This document shows positions 28,235 through 43,531 of a stretch of 64,000 nucleotides of DNA, piece by piece. A program made the position numbers and the translations under genes. Below the pieces are notes generated by a model, which saw only the letters and a program-made list of their open reading frames with translations, was not told the DNA's origin and ran no database searches. The number at the start of each line of letters is the position of its first letter. Position 1 is the first letter of the stretch. Source of the DNA: Eledone cirrhosa (taxonomy: Eukaryota); assembly GCA_964016885.1 (NCBI GenBank), contig OZ024743.1:260276001-260340000 (forward strand). Direction: 5' to 3'.

Positions 28235-28430
28235 ATCGTCGTATTTTGACTAAAGAAATTAAAGAAATTATTTAGCCTGATAGTGGGGTTAAGAACCCTC
28301 GGAGAAATGGAAAAAGATGAGTATTGACGTACGTACGTCAATACTCATCTTTTTCCATTTCTCCGAGGGTTCTTAACCCCACTATCAGGCTAAATAATTT
28401 CTTTAATTTCTTTAGTCAAAATACGGCGAT
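28235..28430. repeat. 196-bp spacerless palindrome
   Basis: Mirror point at 28332/28333 (TGACGTAC|GTACGTCA), with one mismatch seen near the ends. Confidence 0.92.
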
Positions 28431-28509
28431 CCCTTACACATATATATATATATATTTATATATTATGGAATACTGTTGGCTTCTTGCCACAATACTTTCT
28501 ATACCTTTC

Positions 28510-28543
<34 letters not shown>

Positions 28544-29042
28544 ACAGAGCGAGAAAGAAAGAGAGATACAGATAGAATGACATATATATATAGAGAGGGA
28601 GAGAGCGAGAGAGAGAGAGGAAGAGGAAGATGAAGAGATTACGATTTTTTCAATACGCTGAGGTGTATGTGTATGTGTGTGCGGGTGTGCATGTGCATAT
28701 ATACATACATTTATATGTATAAGTTTAATAACTATAATCGCGCAAACACAGACACACTTACAAAAATACACACTCGCAGACATACATTCACACAAATACA
28801 TATAGTTTCAAACAAATACATACATACATTCACATAAACACACACACATACATTTATACACACACACATACACATACCGTCACACACAGCATGAGAGCAG
28901 CGTTCGATAAATTTGGAAATGTGACGGTAAAATTAAGGGTAAACTTTTTTATTTATTTATTCTTAACAACAAAGTTTAACTCTTTTTTTTTTTAATTCAT
29001 TTGTGGTTTAAGGTTTATTCACAATAGTATAAAAAATATAAT

Positions 29043-29348
29043 AATTGTTTCCACTTTTTGGCACAAGGCCAGCAATTATCTCTGTGCATTACTGATACTT
29101 TATTTTATCGACACCGTAAGGATGAAAGGCAAAGTTTAACTCAGCGGGATTTGAACTCAGACAGGAAAGGGGCGTAACTCTATGCTACAAAGCATGGCGT
29201 CTGACTTTCTACCGATACTGCTAATCCACTGCCTTTTAAATTATAATAATATAATTGTTTCTACGTTAGGCACAAGGCCAGCAATACCCAGTGCATTACT
29301 GGTACTTTATTTTATCGACCCCGTAAGGATGAAAGGCAAAGTTAACCT
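29043..29348 (-). mobile_element. Two tandem S1 SINE copies, the second truncated at 29348
   Basis: Same unit as 331-518. The second copy stops at GTTAACCT, where the CRE-like fragment abuts. Confidence 0.8.
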
Positions 29349-29349
29349 T

Positions 29350-29945
29350 GAACGAAAATACACAAAAATATAATATATGCAAAGGGAAGGAAAGGAAAAG
29401 AAGAAAGAGAAAAAAAACACACATCTAGGACCACATACAACAAAAGGCAGGCGAAAGGAGGGGACAAACGAGCCGCTTCCACAACAAAAGATAACAATAT
29501 AGCGAGAAGCACTGGGAAACCTCTCTAATAATTTTTGGGGCAAGCCAGTATACCTCGTGATGGCGAGGCTGAGGTGCTGGAACAACCAAGCGCCCTCACG
29601 GACATCACCAGTTACTTCTGTTAAGCGAGCCGCCAGTGAAGATAAGAGCCTCGCTGTCAGTAGCCCGACTCCCCCAAATGTCTCAAACGCCACAGACTGG
29701 AAAATGTAGATAGCCGACAGATCACGATATTTTAGGATGTTGTTCCGTTCAGCTGCAGATGCTGTAGCTTACTGCTGCATCCAGGATAAGGGAAGCTGCG
29801 AAATAGTCACTAACTGAGATGTCCCAGATAAGACACCTACCTCTCGACCAGGGGACCAGAGTAAGAACGTCAGGTCTTTCCCCATCAATTCTGGACAACC
29901 CAGACGGTTTTAAAATTGAGGGCATGTTTTCCCGGGCCAAAGCTC
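29350..29945 (-). mobile_element. 3' fragment of a CRE-like non-LTR retrotransposon (RLE endonuclease)
   Basis: PSGLSRIDGERPDVLTLVPWSRGRCLIWDISVSD and AFETFGGVG...WLFQHLSLAI match the PD..D/ExK-type RLE pattern of CRE-like elements. Confidence 0.7.
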
Positions 29946-30018
29946 TTAAGTGGTAATAGTTCAGTCTGTGTACGTGCGTGCACGTGAGTTTGTCGGCGTT
30001 CTTAATTTAGAGGCGCGC

Positions 30019-30137
<119 letters not shown>

Positions 30138-30231
30138 TGTGTCACCGTTTTTAAGATAGAGAGATATATATGTGTGTATTCTCTTTCTTCCTTTAACATA
30201 CACATACATTCACACAAACACACACACACAT

Positions 30232-30830
30232 TGTGTGACGGACGGATGGACAGAAGTCGCTCAAATTTAGAGACATGTGAATGGAAGCAGGTAGAGAAGT
30301 TCAAGTATGTCCGGGCCGTCTTCATGGGTGATGGAAGGCAAGAGGCTGAATTAAGTGCAAGAATAACAAAAGCTGATGTAGTAATGCGCCAGCTTTAGCA
30401 TTCAGTAATCAAAAGCCAAACTCGCTGTCATCCTGGTATTCATGCCAACCTTTACCGAGGGTCATGAATGTTGGGTAATGACCGAAAGAATACAATTGCA
30501 AATACAAGCGGCCGAAATGGGATTCCTCCGAAGGATCTTTCGAATAACGTTACTCAATGAAGTGCATAGCTCAGAGATCAGAGAGTCACTCTTGGTAGAA
30601 TCGCTACTTCTCTGGATTGAGAGATCACAGCTCCGATACTATGAGCATGTGGTTAGAATGCCTCGGGAAAGAATCGCTGGACAGATTTTACAGGCAAAAC
30701 CAACCGGCAAGAAACACAGAGGTAGATCCTGAGGAAGATAGTTGGGATGCAGCTGGATCAGTTAGAGATATTGGCTTCTGACAGACTCGCTGGAAGGAGT
30801 GTTTGAAAAATAAGTGGGCGAAAAAGAAGA
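30232..30830 (+). mobile_element. 3' fragment of an RTE-clade (Expander/Rex3-like) LINE
   Basis: Contains QVEKFKYV..F..DGRQEAELSARI, GHECWVMTERI...IQAAEMGFLRRI and IERSQLRYYEHVVRMPRERI. Related scraps lie at ~935-1050 (+) and 57660-57960 (-). Confidence 0.8.
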
Positions 30831-30983
30831 TATTGCCAAATTGCTTTTCAATTTATATATCATATGCATACATATTTGCGTATAATACCAATATGTATAC
30901 TACAAATGCTAGCAGAAAACCGCCCGAAGGGCGGTTCTTTCTTGTTGTGGTTACACCCGTTTGAACCAGGGACGCACACACAC

Positions 30984-31025
<42 letters not shown>

Positions 31026-31576
31026 ATGTGTGTGTCTGTGTGTGTGTGTGTGTGTGTGTGCATGTGTGTGTATGTGTGTGTGTGTGCATATTACGTGTGT
31101 CCAGAAACAAGCGATGCTTTAATCAAAATATCCGGTATATGTTAGAAATTGTAGTCAAATCTTCTCTAAATCACACCCAACCTTATTGAACTCTAATATA
31201 ATTTTTTCAACTGTGATTACGAAAGAGAAAAAAAAAAAAAAAGAAATGAAACATATTTTTAAATATTCTGTTAAACTCTATCAATATAGTTATAATCTAA
31301 ATATTTGAAAAAAAAATATCTCTGCAAAGTTTCATTAAAAAATATGAATTATTTAAAAAGTGATGAGAAAACCAGGTTGGTTGGTTAGATGGTGGTGGTG
31401 GTAGTGGTGATAGTGGTGGTGGTGGTGGTGGTGGTGTTGGTGGTGGTGGTGTTGGTGGTGGTGGTAGTGGTGGTGGTGTTGGTGGTGGTGGTAGTGGTGG
31501 TGGTGGTGGTGGTAGTGGTGGTGGTTATGATGATGATGATAATGGGAGTATTATTAGTTGAGATGACATGTCAACG

Positions 31577-31661
31577 AAGAAGAAGAAGAAGAAGAAGAAG
31601 AAGAAGAAGAAGAAGAAGAAGAAGAAGAAGAAGAAGAAGAAGAAGAAGAAGAAGAAGAAGA
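31577..31661. repeat. (GAA)n microsatellite
   Basis: Perfect trinucleotide run. Confidence 0.95.
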
Positions 31662-31755
31662 ATAGCGGCAAGCGGATGTGAATGACAATGTCAAAATGAA
31701 AAAAAATACAAAATTAATAAAATTAGCATAAACAAAACAAAAATAACTGAATGAA

Positions 31756-31827
<72 letters not shown>

Positions 31828-32709
31828 GATAGAGGGAGGGTGTCGTGTGAATGTGTAGATTGATGGTTAGATAAAGAGATGGAATGGTAAATAAATAGAT
31901 AGATAGATAGATAGATAGATAGTGAGAGAGAGGGGGGGGGGGGAAACAAAGATAGATAGAGAGAGCGAGAGAAATAGAGAGATAGAGAGATTGTGAGAGA
32001 GAGGGAGAGAAAGTAGAACAGATAGATAGGTAAATAGATAGATAATGAGATGGATAGATAGATAGATGTGTTAATGGGTTGGGGCGTGTGGTTTGGTGAA
32101 TGAATGGTAGGGTGCCTACATGAGATATTGTCAAAGAAAGAGAATCGAAATGGTTTGAGAGTTGAGGTGAGATGCAGCATGTGTTTTCAATGGCGACAGA
32201 TAACACCATCTTGACCAGACGACACAAGACGTCAGTGCGCATGTCACAACAGCTGTGGCCTGCAAACGAGCAAAACTAATGTACCGAAATGGAAACATTA
32301 CAAAAATAATGGACCAAATTTAACGAACAAGCAAACGGATACATACACACAAACACACAGGCACACACACACACATACACACACACACACATACACGCAC
32401 TTACACCCACACACTTACACACACACTTGCACACACACACACTTACACACACACTTACACACACACAAACACACATATATATATATAAATACGCACATAC
32501 ACACACATGCATACACACATACATATAGAGAGAGGGATAAAAAGACAGACGGAGAGACAGAAAGAAAGGGAGTTAGACAAACAGACAGACAGACGAACAG
32601 ATAGAGATGTTCCTGGTACACGGCCACCAAGTCTGTGTGTCGTTTGGTATGGTCGTTTCTGTTTACATACGGGTGTCAGTGTGTGTGTGTGTATGCGTAT
32701 ATGTGTATA

Positions 32710-32755
<46 letters not shown>

Positions 32756-33199
32756 CGTTTGTGTGTGTGCGTATAGGTGTACGTATATGTGTATGTGTGT
32801 GTATGTGTATTACTCATCTTTCTCTCTTGTCTATATATATACATACATACATAAATATATGTGTACGTATATATATGTGTGTGTATAGGTGTACGTATAT
32901 GTGTATGTGTGTGTATGTGTATTACTCATCTTTCTCTCTTGTCTATATATATACATACATACATAAATATATGTGTATACACGTCTATATGTATGTGTGC
33001 AGGTATGTATGTATTTATGTATGTATTTATGTATGTATATATGTATGTACGTGAGTATGTATATGTGTATGATGAATGTGTGTATGTATGTTTGTATGCA
33101 TGCATCATGTACGTATGGATGTATGCGTGTATGTATGCATATATATATGTAGGTAGGTAGGTGTGCATGTAAGTATGCTTGTATGATTATATGCCTGTA

Positions 33200-33225
33200 T
33201 ATACGTCTGTCTGCCTGTATGTATG

Positions 33226-33256
<31 letters not shown>

Positions 33257-33951
33257 ATATGTATGTATGTATATGTAACTATGTATTCATATATCTGTAT
33301 ATATCTGTATGTATGTACGTACATATATATGTATGTACGTATGTATATATATATATATGTATGTGTATATATGTATGTATATATGTATGTATGTAATATA
33401 TGTATATATGTATGTATGTATATGAATATATGTATATGTATATGTATATATGTATGTATATATGTATGTATGTAATATATGTATGTATGTATATGTATAT
33501 ATGTATATGTAAATATGTATATGTATATATGTATATGTATATATGTATGTATATGTATATATGTATGTAATATATGTATATATGTATGTATGTATATGTA
33601 TATATGTATATGTATATATGTATGTATATATGTATGTATGTAATATATGTATATATGTATGTATATGTATATATGTATATGTATATATGTATGTATATAT
33701 GTATGTAATATATGTATATATGTATATATGTAATATATGTATATATGTATGTATGTAATATATGTATATATGTATATATGTATGTATGTATGTATGTATA
33801 TATGTATGTACATATGTATGTAATATATGTATATATGTATATATGTATGTATGTAATATATGTATATATGTATGTATGTAATATATGTATATATGTATAT
33901 ATGTATGTATATGTATATATGTATGTACATATGTATGTACATATGTATGTA

Positions 33952-33989
<38 letters not shown>

Positions 33990-34239
33990 ATGTATATATG
34001 TATGTACATATGTATGTACATATGTATGTATGTAATATATATATATATATATGTATGTATGTATGTATGTATATGTATATATGTATGTACATATGTATGT
34101 ACATATGTATGTATGTAATATATATATATGTATGTATGTATGTAATATATATATATATGTACATATGTATGTATGTAATATATATATATATGTATGTATG
34201 TAATATATGTACATATGTATGTACATATGTATGTATGTA

Positions 34240-34272
<33 letters not shown>
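33200..34272. repeat. Complex (ATGT)/(AT) satellite
   Basis: ~1 kb of mixed ATGT/AT/ATGTAAT units. Confidence 0.92.
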
Positions 34273-34274
<2 letters not shown>

Positions 34275-34814
34275 CTGCGAGAGAAAAATATTCAATGTAT
34301 TTTAATTAAATATTTTCTACTGTAAAGCTACAATAGTTTCTGTATTTTTATCCATAAACAATTATCGATTTGTATACATAAACACAAACACATATATACA
34401 CTTACACACACATACACCTACTCACACATCATAAGCATAAACACACACATACGCACATACACATACGCACACACATACATCACATATATCCACCCCACCC
34501 ACATATACACACATACATACGTGTACATACACACACACACACACGCACGGACATGATTGCACTCATGTATGTCAACACTCACATACACTCACATACACGC
34601 ACCCAATCACATACACATACACATAAACATTTACATAAATAGAGACAAACACATACACGTACACACACATACATACGTATACACACGCACTTCACACAAC
34701 CATTCATAGACACACGCACGCACACACACACGCAACCACTCATACACACAACCATTCATACACACACACACACACACACGCAACCACTCATACACACAAC
34801 CAATCATACACACG

Positions 34815-34845
<31 letters not shown>

Positions 34846-35249
34846 GCACACATACACACCCAACCACATACACACACCCTATACACCAGTACATATACAC
34901 ATCTCCACATACACACACATACATATGTTTACACACATGTATGGCAATATTCAATTAGAAGTTAAACGTATCAATTCATATATGGTTTTATACACAGTAT
35001 TATGAAAGTGTAATTTATACATACATCTGTGAAATATAAATATTAACGTGTTTAGTGGGGTGGTGGGTGAGCTGTGATTTGAGAAAAAGGAGGCATTTCA
35101 CTCGGAATCGGGTCTGGTGATATTTTTTCATTCTTTTATTGGTTTTCGTCATTAGATTGCGGTCATGCTGGGGCACTGCTTTCATTTAGCATTTAGTCGC
35201 TTATATCAACCCCAGTATTAATTCTTCCACGTCTGGTATTTATCTTATT

Positions 35250-36050
<801 letters not shown>

Positions 36051-36141
36051 ATGCATACTTATTTCATCGATTACGGGATAGAAGACACAAACGTAAACGT
36101 AGAGATGAAACCCCAAAAGAACACACATGCACGCGCTGACA

Positions 36142-36271
<130 letters not shown>

Positions 36272-36311
36272 TATATATATATATATATATGCAATCTATC
36301 AATTCATATTT

Positions 36312-36522
36312 CGGGTGATTGGCAGTATCAGTAGAGCGTCGGCTAACAAGCTTAATGTCATAGGGTTACGATCATGTACGTTCTGAGTTAAATCCTGCCG
36401 ATGTTAGCTTTATCTTTTATCCTTACGAGGTCGATAAAATAAAGTACTAGTAACGCACTGGAGTGGATTTAATCTACGTTCCCTACCCCAAAATTGTTGG
36501 CCTTATGCCGAAATCAGAAACT
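36312..36522 (+). mobile_element. S1-related SINE
   Basis: Reads GGTGATTGGCAGTATCAGTAGAG...GGTCGATAAAATAAAGTAC. Confidence 0.75.
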
Positions 36523-37271
36523 TATAGTTATTTATTTACAACACTCAAGTATACTAAATACAACAAATTGTGAGAAAACAAGAGTGCTTCGGCGAAGCTA
36601 CATCCTCTGCTAGAAATACACACGAAATTCATCTTAACTTTTGTCCTACTGTCTGAATATATAATGGAGGCTGACGCTGGAAAATTCTGTCCTATATATA
36701 TATATATATAGTAAAAAAAAAATACATGATGGTCACAGTTAAAATACCTTTAATCATAGGTCTGCTGGATTAATGCTGATCTGTGGCTATAACAACAGCA
36801 ATATATTTCTTGCACTGTATCGCAAATGAAACCACAAGACTAGTTGAATGACACCACCAACGTGTTTTACTGTAAATCTCGTCTATGGTATGGTTGTATG
36901 ACACGTCAGTTGGCCTCACGTTTTGCCTTGTCCTAAGTTTGAAGACCAGTCACACACTTCTATATTCCATACCACTAACAAAGGATGGCACACCATCTAG
37001 TATTTTCGTTTATCTCTTACTGTGAGATCACGTCAACATATCATCCTACATTAACGAAACAAAACTACGTTTGTTACCTTCGTTTTGGCCATTTTAGATA
37101 AATTCCTCAGGAAAGACAGCACACACATTCAAGACATACCTGTGTGTATTAATTGATTGGATTTGACACACGGTTAACACCTCCTTTAGGCTTGTAATAT
37201 TAGAAAACCATTTGTTGTTAATTGTTTTGTTAATACCATGCAAGTTTTCATTGTTGTTTTCAGTACGTTAA

Positions 37272-37585
37272 TGGCGGTGAATTGGCATAGTCGTTAAAAC
37301 GTCGGATAGAATGCTTTGCAGTATTCGTTTCGGAGTTCAAATCCCGTCGAGATCAACTAGTTTTTCATTCATTCGAGATAGATAAAAAAAATTCCTAATC
37401 AAATACTGGGGTCAAATCTTCCTTTATATTTCTTTCTCATTTCTATTTTCTCATTCTTGTCCGTCTCTGGAAGAAATCTGCTGTATTCAGACCTGGAGAG
37501 CAGATGGGGTTCTCCATGATTAAAAATACCCCATCAACGCAGTATGTCCATAAAGCCCTCATACGACCTCTTAGGGAGTTACGTG
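37272..37585 (+). mobile_element. Long S2 SINE
   Basis: Head GGCGGTGAATTGGCA, B-box GAGTTCAAATCC and S2 tail. Confidence 0.7.
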
Positions 37586-37656
37586 ACCATGCATGCATGC
37601 ATGGTCACGTAACTCCCAATACGTGGCTGTATTTGTAACTGTAATATATATATATG

Positions 37657-37711
<55 letters not shown>

Positions 37712-37765
37712 CGTTTCTGAATTTGTTTAGCAAGATTCTTTATCTGAAAACGTGTGTTGAAACCG

Positions 37766-38132
37766 ATATTGTTATACTTTGGGAGGGTCATGTTGCCAAT
37801 AAGAAACACACGCACCAGTAGCTTTCACTCCAATTTATTATAAATTAAATTTATGAATTTAAGAATTTATAAATTTCCGGTTGGTTGGTTGGTTGGTTCC
37901 ACAACCGGACAGTTGTTCATATATTGTCAAAGTTCTTTCGAGAAGAATCCCCAGTCACTGAAGGGGTCACAGAATGTGTGACGAAAGAACTTTGACAATA
38001 TATGAACAACCGTCCGGTTGTGGAACCAACCAACCAACCGGAAATTTATAACTTCTTAAATTCATAAATTTAATTTATAACTGGTGCGTGTATTTTTATT
38101 GGCAACATGACCCTCCCAAAGTATAACAATAT
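37766..38132. repeat. Fold-back insert (arms ~150-170 bp) with a central hammerhead-like motif, in (TA)n
   Basis: Arms ~37766-37940 and ~37982-38132 are inverted copies. The centre reads GTCA-CTGAAGG-GGTCACA-gaatg-TGTGAC-GAAA-GAACT-T-TGAC (37954-37996). Confidence 0.8.
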
Positions 38133-38210
38133 ATATATATATATATATATATTTTATAATGTAGAAAAACGAATGAAATATTATATAAACGTAATTTAAA
38201 AGAGATAAAC

Positions 38211-38285
<75 letters not shown>

Positions 38286-38389
38286 GACGTAAAATAAGAA
38301 TTGAACCACCTAGGTACTATGACATAACCTGTGTATTTGCTAGCATGGGCGTGCATCTGTGCGCTTATGTTAGTTGATATATTAAATTA

Positions 38390-38429
<40 letters not shown>

Positions 38430-38674
38430 GTTTATCTCTTTTGAATTACATTTATATAATATTTCATTCGTTTTTCTACATTATAAAATATTTTTTGTTG
38501 TTTTGGGAGAGTATCCAATGCTACCTCACCTCCGTTATTGCTAGCAACTCTTCCTGCTCTTTCTGCAGAAGACCTCATTTTATATTGAATATATGCAAAA
38601 GATGATTTTTTGGAATAAAAATTATATAAAAACATAGAACTTTGTCTACCTCATCTATTCAAGTCTTCTTTCAA

Positions 38675-38960
38675 CATGTAACTCGTGATGTATTCGTAGG
38701 GGCGCTTTGGTGGCATACGACGTTTCTTGAGCAGTTTTAGACCTGACGGAACCCATCTCTTCTGCAGTCACAGAGAGGGAATGAGTAAGAGATATAGAGG
38801 AAAATCGTCCCCAGTACTGGGCCTTTACTTTTTTAACGGTCTCAAAAGAATGAAAGACAAAATTGACCTCGAAGAGACTTAAACTGAGAATGCAAATAGC
38901 CGGAACAAAGACCACGAATTATTGCATCCCACGTTCTAACGACTCTGCTAATTAGCCGCT
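38675..38960 (-). mobile_element. Long S2 SINE (degenerate)
   Basis: Reverse complement of the S2 tail (CGTAGGGGCGC, TTTCTTGAGCA) and head. Confidence 0.65.
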
Positions 38961-39129
38961 TCCGTATATGAGGATGGGTGTTCATATTGAAGTCCTCTAT
39001 TTGCAAAAATAACACAAAATGAATTAAAGTATTTATTTCGTAAATCTTGGTAAAAGTTTAATTTTGCTAGACGAGACAGAAAAGGCACGCACCTGTTTTC
39101 ACCAAAACCCTGTCATTATCAAAATGCTT

Positions 39130-39765
39130 GATTGCGATGGTTTGTCCGAATCATTAGTGCGTGGGATGAACCGAATTATAGTATTTCGTTACGGCCTTCT
39201 ACGTTCTGAGTTCGAATCAAGCCATAGTGAACTTTGCCTTTCATCCTTCTGGAGTCGATAAAATAAAGTACCAGTGAAAATCCTTTGCCCTCTCCCTAAA
39301 TTGCTGGCCTTGTTCATATAGTGGAAATCATTATTAAAATGCTTAGCAAGGTGGTGGATTGACAGTATCGGTAGAGCATCGGACAACATGCTTAGTGGCA
39401 CAGAGTTACGACCCTTTACTTTCTGAGTTCAAATCCCGCCGAGGGTGGCTTTGCCTTTAATCCTTACGGGGTCGATAAAATAAAGTACCAGTAATGCACT
39501 GGGGTGGATCTAATCGACTTTCCCTTTCCCCCAAAGTTGTTGGTCTTGTGCCTAAACCAAAAACCGTTATTAAAATGCTTAGCAGTATTTGTTCCGGTTC
39601 TTCACGCTCTGAGTTCAAATCCCGCCGAAGTATTTGCCTTTTATATCTTTTGCCTTTTATCCTTACGTAGTCGATAAAATAAAGAACTAGTAACGCACTT
39701 GGATCGATTTAATCGACTTTCCACTTCCCTTTAAATTGCTGGCCTTGTTCCAAAAATAGAAACAT
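39130..39765 (+). mobile_element. Head-to-tail array of three S1-related SINE units
   Basis: Three GAGTTCRAATC B-boxes, each followed by GTCGATAAAATAAAG and TTGCTGGCCTTG-like segments. Confidence 0.8.
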
Positions 39766-39785
39766 TATAGTTATCGTTATTGTAA

Positions 39786-39841
<56 letters not shown>

Positions 39842-40058
39842 ACTATAATAATACCAATAATAACAAATGCTATGTTGTTATTGTTGTTTTGTCAAATATT
39901 GATTTACGAACAACAATAAATGAAAGTGAAATGCTTATATTTTGGGTAATGAAATCTTTAACACCTGACACCAAAATCATTTCAATAAGAATTAGAGGAA
40001 ACCTAAAGTGCAATGCAGTACGGTTTAGAGAGGGGTGGCAGGAGTGAGAGGGTTGGTA

Positions 40059-40103
<45 letters not shown>

Positions 40104-40179
40104 GAGAAAAAGACAGCAAGAAAGAGAATGAGGAGCATGCAAGAAACAGGAGAAATAAACGATAACATATATATGTATA

Positions 40180-40246
<67 letters not shown>

Positions 40247-40295
40247 AAATATATATATATGTATATGTATATATATATATGTGTGTGTGTGTGTG

Positions 40296-40369
<74 letters not shown>

Positions 40370-40733
40370 GTGTGTGTATATATAAAAAAACAATCGCTCT
40401 CCTCCAATCCAATCGCTGAACAATAAACAAGGAGTAATAACAAAGCTATTGATAGTGGTGGTGGCGGGGGGTGGGGGTGAGGAATCGGTTTAATTGCAAT
40501 ATAAATCATCGATTACCTCAGGGACACAGATGTTGGTGGAAAGTATAAAGCAGTCTTTATGCGAGATTTCATTCTCTATATAGCAAATACTGTATTCGGG
40601 GCCGGACGACGGGTGGGTAGGGTGGGGTTTTAGTGGTGTAGGTATGTATAGGATAAGAAGGAGGTGCGTTGTGTATGTGTGTGTGTGTAAAGTGAAGAGT
40701 GAATTGGGAGATGGGGGAAAGTATCTCGGCGAG

Positions 40734-40806
<73 letters not shown>

Positions 40807-40885
40807 TAAGATGGAATTTCAGATTTAGGGACAGGGTGAAAATTAAAGTTTCTCTGAGAGTGAGAGATAGACAAAGAAAGAGCGA

Positions 40886-41015
<130 letters not shown>

Positions 41016-41024
41016 GATAGATAG

Positions 41025-41058
<34 letters not shown>

Positions 41059-41714
41059 GTAGGTAGATAGCTAGAGAGAGAGAGAGAGAAAGAAAGAGAT
41101 GATAAGGAGAGAGAAAAAGAAGGATGGAGAAAGAAAGTTAGTAAATAAATGAATAAATAAATATAGAGAAATGGATAAATAAAAAGAGGAGAGAAGGAGA
41201 GAGAGAAAAGGGGAGATTGAAATAAATATATAATATATATATATAGAGAGAGGGGGGAAGCATTGAGACCAGCAGTTGAAGGTAACTGGAAGGAGGTGGA
41301 GGAGGAATGCGAATGAAAAATTAAGAGAATCGAAAAACAGGAGAGACTAAAGACTCTTTCTAGTTCACATATTGGAGAGTTTAGTAGTCCATGATATCTA
41401 GATCTCTTAGGTCCTGGTGAAGTGGAGGAACCCGTCACTTTCCTGGCGATTTCTTAGAGGGTGAGAGGGAGGAGAAAGGAAATGAAAGGAAAGAGGAAGA
41501 GAGAGAGAGAGGGAGGGGTATGAGAAAAGGATAGGTAGAGAGAGAGAAAAACTGATCCCAGTATTTACTGGTACTTTATTAATCAACCACGAAAAGATAT
41601 AAGGCAAAGTTCACTTCAGCGGAATTTGTACTCAGTACGGTTAACTCCTAAGTTTCATTTTCTATGCTGCTGATAAGATAGACATGTCTACTTCACGAAA
41701 CTTCTGTTAATGGG

Positions 41715-41755
<41 letters not shown>

Positions 41756-41811
41756 CCTGTTTCTGCTGTTCGCTTTATATTTCTCTCTCACTTTCAATCT
41801 CTATCTTTCTT

Positions 41812-42095
41812 AGTATCGGTAGAGGGTCGGACGCCATGCTTTGACGCATAGAGTTACGGCCCTTTCCATTCTGAGTTCAAATCCCGCCGAGGTTAACTTT
41901 GCCTTTCATCCTTACGGGGTCGATAAAATAAAGTACCAGTAATACACTGAATAATTGCTGGCCTTGTGCCAATTATTTGTCAGTATCAGTAGAGCACCAG
42001 ACATCATGCTTTTCAGCTTATTGTTATGGCCCTTTCTGTTCTGAGTTCAAATCCCGCCGAGATTAGCTTGGCCTTTCATCCTTACGGGATCGATA
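41812..42095 (+). mobile_element. S1 SINE plus a second partial S1 copy
   Basis: 41812-41970 is nearly identical to the S1 consensus. The second copy stops at GATCGATAA next to the hammerhead insert. Confidence 0.8.
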
Positions 42096-42152
42096 ATTCA
42101 ACTGATAAGGTATGTTTCTTTGGCTATGTCAAAATATATAAAACACTCTTTG

Positions 42153-42214
42153 TATTTTATCTGATGAAAGCGTACCAAAGTTTTTGGTACGCTTGAAATA
42201 TATATAATAGAATA
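42153..42214 (+). ncRNA. Minimal hammerhead ribozyme in a solo Penelope pseudo-LTR end (~42100-42262)
   Basis: Reads TATTTTAT-CTGATGA-AAGCGTACCAAA-gtt-TTTGGTACGCTT-GAAA-TATATA-TA-ATAGAATA. The downstream AATAAATATGG...TATAGTTTCCATTTATTTAATA matches 11381-11423. Confidence 0.82.
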
Positions 42215-42258
42215 AATATGGTCTTATATATATAGTTTCCATTTATTTAATATCATTG

Positions 42259-42296
<38 letters not shown>

Positions 42297-42480
42297 GACA
42301 TATATCTAGACAGATAGATAGATAGATAGATTTCTTTATTTGCCACAAGAGCCCACAAGAAAGGGGGACAAAACAAAGACACATGCCGGGGATTTTACAT
42401 ACAATCGTGTAAAAATATGAAACAAACAATTATAACAATCGAAATCCCCTAGATAGATAGGTAGGTAGGTAGATAGATAA

Positions 42481-42545
<65 letters not shown>

Positions 42546-42829
42546 GAAATAGATAGAAATAGATAGATATATTTCTTTAGATAGATAGATGGTGTTAATT
42601 TAATTACGATGTGAAAATAGCAAGCAGGTAAAATCCATCAGTCTATCGTTTAACATTAAATACCTGTGTGGTCTGTCAGAGAATCAAGTAACCTTGATGT
42701 TTAATTCCTGCTTACAACTTACCACCTTTACTCAACACTATCGTTACACTTGTGCGTCATTACTTAATGCTATCATTACCCTAATGTGTCATTACTCAAC
42801 TGTGTCATTGGCGAAATTGGCAGTAAGCA

Positions 42830-43305
42830 CCCTTTCTGATGTGCTACACCTTCGTCGGTTACGACGATGACTGTTCCAGTTGTTTGATCAACGGAACGGC
42901 CTTCTTGTTTAATTAACGTGCGAATATCTGAGCATTCCACAGACAACATACCACAGTGTATAACAAGGTTAACTCTGATGCAGTCCCGTTAAATAATAGA
43001 TAATGCCCTTAACGTGTGCTCCAGCTGTTTGATCAACAGAGCTGCTTTTCTGTAGACACATGGGATACTAATTTAATTCTCAGGAAGTTTCACCGTGGAG
43101 CATTATGGGACAAGGCTTGCTCTTCAAATCACAGATTGTGCCTTTAATATAATTCTAATGTAACACAGCTTGTGACTTGGTTAACCCTTTGAATTCATTG
43201 GTACAACTCAATGGCATGAAGCAACGTGAAATAAAGGGTCTTGCTCAAGGACACAATGCACTGCTTAGAATCGAGCCGAACAATCTAAACACTAAGCCTT
43301 TACAG
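42830..43305 (-). mobile_element. Second SINE family (CORE-like segment), degenerate
   Basis: The minus strand contains TGTGTCCTTGAGCAAGACC, resembling the CORE-SINE motif, after a degenerate GGCTCGATTC B-box. Confidence 0.5.
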
Positions 43306-43337
43306 TCATCAGATAAAGAAAAAAAAAAAACTAAATA

Positions 43338-43531
43338 CAGACTTGTCAACTCTCCCCCTACGACGGGGAGATCTCCCACCCACTTTGGGGTGGGTGAGAG
43401 ATATTTTCTCTTGTGAAAATGGGTATACCTTAATTATGTAAAATCTCCTCATTTTGCCTCATTTCTTCCCGTTTTGGGGCACCTTTTTTCACGGTACTGC
43501 CCATTGGGATTTTTAGAGGTTAGCAGGTCTG
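43338..43531. mobile_element. Putative MITE with imperfect TIRs
   Basis: Ends are CAGACTTGTCAAC and GTTAGCAGGTCTG. No clear TSD. Confidence 0.4.
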
